64,000 nt of DNA from Tubulanus polymorphus (Eukaryota > Animalia > Nemertea): assembly GCF_964204645.1 (NCBI RefSeq), contig NC_134027.1, positions 1,644,485 through 1,708,484 of the forward strand. Reading direction: 5' to 3'. Made by a program: the position numbers and the translations under genes. Each line of letters starts with the position of its first letter. The stretch's first letter is position 1. The notes below the pieces were generated by a model, which was given only the letters and a program-made list of their open reading frames with translations, did no database searches and was not told the DNA's origin. Shown one piece after another: positions 28,054-39,900 of the stretch.

Positions 28054-29792
28054 GGCAACCAACACAGCAGAGATAATACGAAAATACACCACCAAGAAGA
28101 ATTCTACCAAGAGCGCAATATCTACCCGGGTATATATATCATCTATGCAGTGTGTAAAAACAAGTTTGACATTGCCGTCAGACCAGTGAAGGTCGCACAA
28201 TGATCATGCACGACTCCTATTCGTTGATACATTAGTTATGCGAGCGCAGACATTCAGCCCATTTATTCTACGCTCTACAAACACGAATACACTAGATATT
28301 TTTAAACTCCCTGGAAATATCGATCGTCGTATAAACGGATAATGGGATCGTGGTATAAAAAGACCATCTCATAAATGCGATGCTATTGTTCTCTTTGTTC
28401 CCGATCGGGAATGTCCTCGAAAATATATTTGCACGTTCGCGTGGTCGCATTGGATTCCAAGAGAAAACTGTAGACAATAGTTTTGGAGCAATTATTTTAG
28501 TTGACATCCTTTAATTTTTCAGCATAACTAAGTTGATATGAAAATTGGAACTTCTCTTTGTAAAATAGCTAATATATAAAAGTGTTGTCTGGCTGATGAT
28601 TTTTCCTACTTTTTAGAGACCAAAAATAGATTTGAGGCCGACATATATTTTTTTATCCATTATATCCACGAAAACTTCCAGTCAAGCAACTAATCGAACG
28701 AAGATCACGAGGAGCAAAGATCAAAATTGTTTTTGAAAATATTTTTCTTTATTATCAGAAAATTATTTCTTTTATCGAATTTAATTCAGATCAATGAAAT
28801 TGTCGGCCGCGTAAAAATAGGAAATTGATGATCGTGAATTTGAACTCAGTTTTCAGTTCCTAGTATCTGACGAGGGGAGAAAGGAATAATGTGGGTTAAG
28901 ATTCGGTGCAGCAAAATCTCATTTTGATTTTTAACGTAATTGGGTCAAACTATTACTAGTGTTGATTTTATGATCCCGGAATATAAAGACGCAGATTAAA
29001 CTGATAAAAATACTCTAATAATCAGATCCAAGCGGCGGCACACCGGGAAGTTCAGTGATGACGATGGAGCCTATAACAGAGAAAGGTGAGCTCGATGTAC
29101 CTCCGAATGTGAACCCCTTTGTTCTAGTCCTAGTTACGAAGATAGTTTTATGTTGATTTTTAAAATATATAGGCAGAATCTTGGGGCCCGGGGACCAAAA
29201 AGGCTGGGCGAAATACGTGGGTGCGGACTATTCATGTGGGAGGATACAATTTTTATGTTTCTTTTGGAAAATGAAAAGCAGTCCATTCTCAAATGATTTA
29301 TCATCAGGAACCATATTTTAGATCTGGTCCCGCATGCCTCTTTTCACGGCGCGAAAGTGACATGACTGGGCCCCTCTAAAGATCCGCGAGGACTGGGTCG
29401 AAATATTTGGGGAGGGGTAATGACACCCAGATAGGTCTCATTAAGTGGAACTAAGTTGTAAAACTGGCATCGCAGAGTTTGCATTAAACACGATAATTGC
29501 CGTTTAAGCGGCATTATTCGAACGCCCGTCAAGGACAAGCGCCGGCTCCCACTCCCTCCCTCCTCCCACGACACTCAAAACAGTCGCTTGTCAGATTGCA
29601 CCAAACGACTGAAGAATATTCATTGTCACACGATGATATCGCGCACGTCACTGACCCATTTAAACAACATATATTTGGTAAGGTTGAGAGTCGGACGTCA
29701 GCTTAGATTCGAACCCGCGACGTTACTCGGAGCCGTCTCGTGCTGCCGTCTACCGGTTTATAATTGTAACGTCACATGAATAATTGGACAAA

Positions 29793-32700
29793 ATGGCGGA
29801 CGGTCGCGAAAATGAACGAGCTCCTCTTTTAGGCGATAAATCAAGCAATGATGCCCAATTACCACCGGTTTATACTCCATACCCATCAGGTAATTGTTTG
29901 AAAATGAATAAATGATCATACTTTTAGATCTACCTGATTAAGTCAGAGAATAGATCCTAAACTGTAATATAGCCGTAGGTTAATTATTTGTTTGCTGTAA
30001 ATTATTTTTAAAAAAACAGTTCAGTTTATAATGCCAATGGTTTGGTTTTGATTGAGATTGATTGTTGTGTTGTGGTTGTTGGAGTCGGAGAGTGAGTGTT
30101 ATGATTTGAATTGTTGGTGTTTAGTCCAGTTACTGTGGTGATGGGAAGTACAAGGAACCGCTGACTAAGAAACTGTCCTCTCAGATTCGGGATGTCGGAT
30201 TTATTCAGGCTGTCAGGGAGTCAATTTGAAACTGAGCTCAGTAATTTTCTGAGCTCTCTTCTACCATGTATCATGTGTGATTTCATCTACTTTCACAGGA
30301 GTTGCAAATCCAACAGCAGCCGGGGGACAGACTGTTGTATCAGTGCCACCTATTGGTCCAGATGAGTTACCACCGCCCTATACGCCGTCACAGACGCAGG
30401 GTCAAGCTGTAAATTGTAAAATATGTCAAACTCCAATTGACATAACAGGGAAATTACGACAACATGTTGTTAAATGTGGAAACTGTAATGAAGCAACGGT
30501 ACGTGTTAATAATTAACATCATTATTATTATTGATATTATTGCCATTTTTGGTGCCCAATTCAGAACTGGAAGCTGATAAAATGAAATCTTAGAAAAAAA
30601 TTCCTGAACATCATAAGAATTTTCATCTCTTGATTGAAATTAACAGATTTACCTCTTGAATCCTCAATTCTGTTTTAATCTAAGATATTTTCTATAATTC
30701 AGCCGATTAAAGTTGCTCCTCCTGGTAAGAAGTATGTAAGATGCCCGTGTAATTGTTTATTGATATGTCGAGAACAGTCTCAGCGTATCGCTTGTCCCCG
30801 ACAAAACTGGTGAGTATTCTCGACTCTGAACCGGTCATTTCAAATCATCAACTTCATTGAATTTTCAATTTCGTTTTTCTGTTTGTTTTTATTTGTAGTA
30901 AAAGAGTGATACGCCTCAGTTCAGAGAGTACAGTAACTACAGTACAATCTCCTGGATCGTTAAAGAGAGCTGTTTGTTATCATTGTGGAGTTACATTCAT
31001 CGTAAGTACCACAGTATTCTACTCCTAAACAGTTCGTACGAATCATTCATAAAGGCTAAAAAAATTGATACCTTGTTTCTCCGCTCGGCTGAGCTTAAAT
31101 GTTGACCCGACCGGCCGCCTATCTACCCTATACATTACTTTTTTTAAAATCGTGATCAATTTCACCATAACAGACCCGGCCGCTATAGAAATGAACTGTA
31201 TATAAATTTTATCATATTTTACAAAAATGACCCGGCCGCTGCGGAGAAACACGGTATCATTTTTATTTAGCCAAAATTGTTTTTTATTTTTTCAGTTCGG
31301 TCGTGAAAACAGTGCATTAGCTCGATGTCCTGATTGTCGTAAAGTGTAAGTTTCAAATCAGTGAATTATTTCGAAAGCGAAATTCATCGCGCGATGAATT
31401 ATGTTCGATGTTGATTATTTTGCAGGTCGTCAGTAGGTCCCACTTACGCTCGCATGAGGGCTATCATTCACCTTGTTATCGGATTAGTATTTCTAGCAAT
31501 CGCAATCGGAGTCACCGTAAGTGTCCGTTTTATAATACTCACACTTTATAATGTAGTTTCTGATTAGCAAAAATGATCAGCTATTTATTGTAATGCATTA
31601 ACGTGATGGGTATGGATGTGTTTGACTTATCGCCTTCAAGAGAAACGCTCGTTCAAATCCGAAAAACTAGTTTAGGCTAAACAAAAATTATACCTTGTTT
31701 CTCCGCAGCAGCCGGGTCATTTTTGTAAAATATGATAAAATTTATAAACAGTTCATTCCTATAGCGGCCGGGTCTGTTGTGGTAAAATTGATCACGATTT
31801 TAAAAAAAAGTAATGTATAGGGTAGATAGGCGGCCGGCCGGGTCAATATTTAAGCTCAGCAGAGCGGAGAAACAAGGTATCAATTTTTTTTAGCCTTATC
31901 ACTAGATATATCTATTTCAGGTTGGCACGTTCGTACTCGCCAGTGAACATGGCGGATACTATGTGTTGTGGACTGGTAAGTTACAACTGTTAATATAGAA
32001 ATATCAATAACTTAATGTAAAATTTCCTGCAATAATTATACGCTTAAATATCATATATTTCCAATTGACTCCTCAAATGCTTTCAAGTCGAATTATGAAT
32101 GAACTCAATCAATTACAATTCTCCAAACCATCGCAACGGAATATCAATTCGGCTGTCCGATTCGAGTTATATTTCTAATCATTCAATCAGATGTGATTCA
32201 CTCATTGTTTAATTGTCTTGCAGTATTTTATCTAGCTGCGATAGTTATGTTTGCGCGGAGTATTTATTACTGTGGAATCGGAGTCAGCACCGTTCAAGGA
32301 CCGTACTCGTAAAATCAGATGTCAACCACTCGCCCTCACGTACACGTAGCGATCGTGTGTGTTTATATTGTTGTGTATGTCGTTCTATGACAGTAATGAG
32401 CGAACATCTTGACAATTCAAAAACGTTTAGATTTCAAATGAAGACTTTCTTTCGACTACCGGATTGATAATTATTGATTTTTATGATTACCGCTTAATTT
32501 GATCGAATCTAGAGCAACGAAAACAGGTGGCTACGTTCGACTGTGGCAAGTGAACATCCAGGTGTCGCTGGTGTGCGTTCAAACAACATTTTTGTTTGAT
32601 TCGATTAAAATCCATCGGTAATTTCTCAAATTGAATGAATGATGAATTAAGATCATGCTTTATATGAATCCTAAATTTCAAGAGTCATAATTTGTCAAAG

Positions 32701-33042
32701 GTTTCGTGGGACATTGAAATATAGATGAACAAAATGATGATGTAGTTGCCATGTTTGATACGCACGCCATCTAGTGGGATAGCTGGTGATACAGGCCTCA
32801 TTAAATACATCTTGAATAGATCTACCTTTGCATAAACCTGTATTTAATCACTATAATTGACACATAATGTATATGATATATATTGTAAATCAATCTATTT
32901 TGAATAATCATCAAAAATCATGTGTCAATAATGAAGTATTTTTGTTTCAGGGTTTTATGCAGCCGGCATTCTGGCGTTGGTTCGTGCTGTTTATTATGCA
33001 TTTCTAATGCCTATTAGTCCAATAGTCAATTCAGTGAACTAA
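29793..33042 (+). CDS. TMEM55: TMEM55 / type I-II PI(4,5)P2 4-phosphatase family (PIP4P1/PIP4P2-like)
   Basis: Exons 29793-29889, 30299-30498, 30703-30809, 30899-31001, 31296-31345, 31426-31516, 31921-31975, then 32224-32312 or 32951-33042; all GT-AG and in phase. Motifs [47 protein letters not shown]5R (CREQSQR), [14 protein letters not shown], two C-terminal TM helices. Confidence 0.95.
31054..31272 (-). mobile_element. ~220-bp PIF/Harbinger-like MITE, copy A (inverted relative to B and C)
   Basis: ggctaaa...ataccttgtttctccg TIRs, 3-bp flanking duplication aaa. Confidence 0.85.
31675..31895 (+). mobile_element. ~220-bp PIF/Harbinger-like MITE, copy B
   Basis: Same TIRs, TSD tta; near reverse complement of copy A. 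Confidence 0.88.
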
Positions 33043-33257
33043 GCATGGAACGCGAGTACTGTTCATATTCAAATCATTGTCTCTTCATGCTGATCAATAT
33101 AGGCCAATACATTCGTACCATCATCTTCCAGCTGTCCCTTGACATTTTTAATATGTTATATCTGTGATTATTGCATTATTTTGTATTTCATTTAACAGTT
33201 TGTGATATTTTTCTATTTATTTGTATTTGATTGAATGTCATAGGAAATGATAATAGT

Positions 33258-33426
<169 letters not shown>

Positions 33427-36400
33427 CACACATTACTTGGTTTTATTCAGCATTATCCTTCACTACTGTCTGAATTTGTATATACATATTCCAATCCAGA
33501 GTCCAATCTAAGGAATAAGAACTTCTTGCCTGGGGGCAGGCGTATCTGAAATTTTACTTAAATCTACTTGCCCTACACAAGCAGTCCAACTGTTGTATCA
33601 ATTGGCAAAAAGCTTCGAGACGTAAAATTGCACTAGTCCTGAGGACAAGTGAAAATGATAACCTACTTGCCCTTATGATGATATGACGATTGCTTAGATC
33701 GGACCCTGCAATCATTTGAGGAATTCCCCAAAAAATCGGACCCTGCAATCATTTGAGGAATTCCCCGAAAAATCATTCCACCAAATAATCTATCTAGAGC
33801 AGCAGAGAGGAAGGAAATGTTAGACCATTCAAACACTTCATTCTTCTGATATTGTATCATGATATTTACACATGTACATAATGTCCATGTCTGTTCTATA
33901 CATCCTTCAATAATGATGTTTATAGAAATAAAGAAATTGGGCTCAAGCCGTTGTGCAATTCTCTTCTGATGCAATCTCTCGACCAGAATATGCTCCTACC
34001 GGTTCTGGAAGGAAGAATTGCCATTTTTGAAGTGGAAAGTGTCCTATTGAAATCTGCCTAATAGATGTACATGACATAGTAAAGTATATGTCTAAAAACA
34101 TTAAGTAGTCCAATCAACTATCGGTTATCACACACAGGTTACCATTGTGCAATTAAGTCACATGTACAAAATATGTGTGCTATATATATACTTACCTGTT
34201 ATGACTGTACATAAAGTTTAAAAATAAATTTAATATTCAAAGACATCAAGTAAACAATGCATTTTGTTTTTCGTCGGTTTGGCTAGTAAAAAAGGTTTGT
34301 TATCAATGGCTGAGGAGTTGACACGAAGCTGAACTGTTCTTTTTGTGATTTTTGGTCTCTGGTTTGGAACTGGTGCCATCAAAAGTGCTGCAAGTTTGTG
34401 AATATCCCGAGCAAACATATAAAATGTCAAATATACCAACGCATAATATGACAAAGTTTCGTACAAAATGTTTATTTTGTGAATTACAGACTTGTGTAGA
34501 AAATTGCATGACTAGAAAAAAAACACTACATATCCTGAATAACGTCATGTCCTCGTCATTTTATTTTACAAAGAAAATAAATGGTTCTAACAAATGGTTA
34601 ATTTATGTACACTGGCGCATTCCACGTCTTGTGTTTTCACGATGAGGGGTCATACATCGAAATGGGATGGTTTTTAGCATTTTCATAGGAGATACTCACT
34701 TGGGAGTGGGAAATTTGGATTGATACAGGGATATCTTGATTATATAATAGTTGGGCCACACAAAGTTGGGATCAATACATAAGGAAATACAAAGGCATCA
34801 AACCAATTGGGGGATACACATCATAAGGTAGGGATATCTTAAAATTAGCACTTGTTAATGGGATATATAGGATATGGATCGTAATAGGTTCGGGGATTTT
34901 TAAATCAGGCAAAGTTTAGAAAAGGGAAATTTTATGTATTAGATTAGACCGTAATTAGATTAAATTGTAATGGAAGAGATTTTAGGATATGAAGATATAG
35001 ATATACCTAATAGGGAAGGGAGATAAGGGGCTTCGAGACTCATTGAAATGTCAAATATATTTATACAGCCTACCGGGTAAAATGGGGATAGAAAAAATAG
35101 GTGGGCGAAAATAACCTCTGTCATGATAAGATAGCGCATTTATTGGCACAATTTATGGTCACAAAAATACCAAAGGGGAAGGGACCAGCTGAAAGGACAT
35201 ATAAAAGCGCAGATAACTAACAACACAGGCTGAATGCTTAATCATAATCATTCATAACAGCATTTTGTAGAGATTTGAGAACAAAAATGCGATACATTGT
35301 TACGATCATCGCATAACAATAGTTTTTACTAAGAGATTTGTCTTTTTACAATAAATCTTCACTATTTACAATAAATGTATTTTTTATAATATCTATATTG
35401 TTTCGATAATACTGAATTAGTTAAACTTTTTGTAATTTAACAAACAAAATAAGTAATGACAAACATTATGACGATTTCATTAACTAAATTCGATCTCAGT
35501 TAAATGATTCTGATTTTTCTAATCTCATTTGCTCTGAAATCTCCACTACTATTTACAAAAGGCTACAGTGTGCGAAGATGTAAAAATGTGTCTGACACAA
35601 AAATGCTATCTGCCCTAAAGCTGTCAAATGGCCAATTATTTCAGGTTCGAAATTGAAAACAAAATACATGAAGAGAGTTGATGACATCGAAACGAAACAA
35701 AACTAACATTTTTCTAAATAACTGATGAGGCATCACTCACTTTCATGTATCAAAAATGATTGAAATTTGAAATAATTGGACATTACAGCCATAACAGTCT
35801 TAGCATTTCAATGCGTAAAAAACTATAAAAATACATCACTCATTTGGTGAAATATATAAATATGTATTTATATACCTGGTATGAAAGGTGCATTGTGAGT
35901 AATGAATAATAGAAAATAATGCGATAAAGACTCAATGATAAAATAATTGTAGAACTTAATGTCATTGAACTCATTCAAATTATATCACCAAAGTTCTTAT
36001 CAATATCATAAGACATTTAGTCGCAGTGGCTATGTATATAGTTCAAATGCTATTCTATTGTGTTGCTGAGAAATAGAAAGTAAATGCAAGCAGTTGTTGG
36101 ACCATTAAGCAGTATATTAACTAGCACCGCAATAACATCGAACACAAAAATAGCACAAGCAAACTGACGTGATATTGTAATGTATTATAGGAGAGGTGTG
36201 CGCACAAGAGGGAATTCCCTGCTAGCTAACTCAGCTTGCCCCTGATCACACGTGACCGATTCATCTTATCAATGACGAACTAATTCTGGGACAGTCAGAA
36301 CTATGATGTGACATCATCGCATGTGAAGTGGAGAAGGAAACTTCTTGTTTAGGGCACACGATAATCCAGACAATTAGTTTCAGGACAAGTGGCAAGACAT

Positions 36401-36947
36401 ATATGAGTACAAATAAAGTAAAGCAGTGAAAATGCATGGAAGATACAAAAAAACCTTCTACTTCTTATCGGGTAAGAAATAAATGAAGTTAATTTGAAGG
36501 CACAGCCATAAAGCAGATAGCGATATCTACGAAGTACAGTTAGGAAGAAAAAGATATTTTCTTCAAAAGAACGAAAATCTGTACAATAATTCTATTTATA
36601 GAACAGTTACAGGAGACAACTGCTGATTTCGGAGCCAGTTTCACTATTACTAAACATCAACATTTAACAATATGTTTAAACAACGAAAATCGAAATTAAG
36701 ACACTTTCGTCCATACAGATTCATATTCATGTGAAATTGGCTCATTTTTTGCCGTTTTAGCACGAGACATATAAAGCAAAACATGCATCTCACCCAAAAA
36801 TAAATGCGGTTACTTAGAGAAAACTGCATCTAAAATACAAGAACGTTTAACAATAATTAACTATTTATTTCATTAGATATCAACACCAAGGCCCGAGTCA
36901 ATGTTGAGTCAATTATTTCTCTAGCAGGAGAGTGCAATCAAAATTGA

Positions 36948-39900
36948 TTAGTAATAGAAATATTGATTAGGATTATGGTTACATATCGGAGAAAAACTGA
37001 TAGGGTGAAATGCAGGTTGCATCATTCTACGCCTCAATAATTCCTGCGGATGAGGAGGATGCGGAGCGTACCACTTCGGTTGAGGGGGGTGTCTCAGCGG
37101 GTGTTCGGGATGCGGCGGATACGGAGCGTACCATTTCGGCGGCGGGGGTTGTCTCAATAATACTCTGTTGTCAGGACGAGGCGGGTACGGAACGTACCAC
37201 ATCGGAGTTTGCGGTATTGATAGTAACGGTCGTATATTCGGTTGAAACTTACTGCGGGTGATAGATGGCGCTGGAGTTGGAGCGGTCGGTGCTGCTGGAG
37301 GCGGAGGTGATACATCACTTTCCGACGAGCTCGAACTCGGTAACGGAATGTCACCAATTGTCGTGCTGTGGAACTTGATTTCCATCTCTACGTCCCACTC
37401 ACCGGGAAGAGATTCATCTAAATCACTATCCCTACCCTCCGGTAAAGGAATCTCTTCGATTTTTAAATTTTCCAGCGATAATTCCCCGTCGAAACTATCC
37501 GGTAAAGCTATTTCAGCGACAGTTTTATGTTCAAGTTTATTATCCTCTTCTTTGGTAGTGAATAGATGAAGTTTATTGGAACTCGGCTCATTTCGCGCGC
37601 CTGCGATTAAAGCGCCATCTTTTGTATTAATACTATCTGGTTTATCACAGTTGCTATTTATCTGAGGTGAGAATTTATTCTCATCAGATCCTGAGTTTAA
37701 TCGTGGTCGGTTTGTAGGCTCTGTCTCACTAGATCCAGAGTTTATTCGCGGCCTGCTTGTAGGCTCTGTCTCACTAGATCCAGAGTTTATTCGCGGCCTG
37801 GTTGTAGTGGAATCCATCTCGCCAGATCTCGGGCGTGGCCAGCTTGTAGCAAGAAAAGGACGACGCACTATACCACCATTACAACCAAAACGCTCATACA
37901 AATCTATCTTTTCCATTCGTCCGGGAATTTTCTAAAATATGAAACAAATTTTCCTATCACCTTGAATATAAATGTGAACAATTTTTAAATGTGATACAGT
38001 TGAACCTCGTTTTAATGACCTCAGATTTATCAGTTATAACAAACCTAGAATTTTGTCCCACATAAGAGAATATTGATTATTTTTATAGTGGCTATAACGA
38101 TGCTATCCGTTTATAACTAACAGATTTTTTGGTCCAGTGAAGTTTGTTGTTACGAGGTTCCACTGTATACAGTATATAACATTAAGAAGTGCATGAGTAT
38201 TTTGTTATTTACTCAAACTCGCTGAATTTGGTGGGATGATCGTTATAATGACCACTAATCCATCTAAACGACAACTTAACCAATCATAAATCGAATTTGA
38301 TATGCGAATAAGGACTCAGAAATAGTGACAACTTCAGTAATGTGATGAATTTCGTGAGGACACTTTTTTATGAGGCACATTTCGATTGTAGTTTTCAGAA
38401 TTTTGAAATTAGTAGCGATATTTACCCACAGTTCACCAAGAATCGGTCGCAAACAAGGGTTTTCTTTGATTGTCTCCCAATCAGCCGGTTGAATAGAGCT
38501 AAACGGCGACTTGTAACATTTACACAGGAATGAACGAGTATAAACACCATTCACCGGTAGTTCGGCTAGTGGAGCGTCTACTGGCAGTTCATCGCTTAAT
38601 TTAGAAACGCATCCAAGATCCTCGGATACTGAATTCTCCTCAATTTCTTCTGTTATTTTGGAATTTCTGGGAATTACGATAGATTCTTTAATCGGCGTTG
38701 TAACAGCGGCGGCGGCGGCGGCATCATTGTCCCACGGATCCTCATCGACATCTCCGAATCCACTCGAACAGACGCTACGTGAATCGGAGTTTTTAGTCGA
38801 AAAGTTTGAATAGCTTTCGCCGTGACGTTTCAACGATGAATCGCTGTAACGACGCAAACGATCTTTGCTTTCGATTTCGGTTTCCCAACCGTCCCCCGCC
38901 GGCATACTCTCAATTCTACGAATTCGAGGTCCTGAAATGAACACAAAAATAAATGATGGAATTAAAAATCTGTTTTTCGATGAATTTCAAAAGTTGATAA
39001 GCACAAAATATTTAAGAATATGACTAAAAATAACTTACTGGTTTGATGAGACGGAAGATTTGCTCTGAAAATAGAAAATAATTAATAATTAAACACACAA
39101 AATCTAATTTCAACTTCTCGACGATCAAAATCCCAACGACATACCCATCTGCATTGTTGTCATATAATCCGAGATAAGAATATTTCGTAGCAGTCGGGGC
39201 TTCGTTAGTTTTCAAAGTGTCATTGATGATATAAACGCAGTTCCTATAGATATAGAATAAAACATAATGAGTCATTCTTTTAGTAAATGTAAATTCCGAT
39301 TAATGATAAACCAGGAATTACTTACAGAATATTTCCTTCAGTTGGACCAAATACAGACACCTGCTTAGCACCGTTTGAACTCTCTGAAAAACATACATTT
39401 CATGTTTTATAGATCTATCTTTATTACAACAAATTCTTCAAATCACTAGGAATAACCACTGAACAATAACCACACTCAAACGTGGTGAACGGATAATAAG
39501 ATAAAAACCGACTATCTACAGATTAAAAGAATTTAAAAACAAGAATTTATTTATTCAATCTAAAATATATAGAATACACGACATGACGATGATCTCTAGG
39601 GTGAGATCGAAATGTTGTGTCTTATATATATTTTAGATTGAATAAATAAATTCTTGTTTTTAAATTCTTTTAATCTGTAGATAGTCGGTTTTTATCTTAT
39701 CATACATTTCATGTTTCATAGATCTATCTTTATTACAACAAATTCTTCAAATCACTAGTAATAAACACTGAACAATAACCACACTCAAACGTGGTGAACG
39801 GATAATAAGATAAAAACCCACTATTTACAGATTAAAAGAATTTAAAAGCAAGAATTTATTTATTCAATCTAAAATATATAGAATACACGACGTGACGATG

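Noticed and set aside
38215-38263. Extra Mextli exon after the acceptor at 38264
   Set aside because: Gives an immediate stop or a phase mismatch; direct joining of 38426 to 37931 is in frame.
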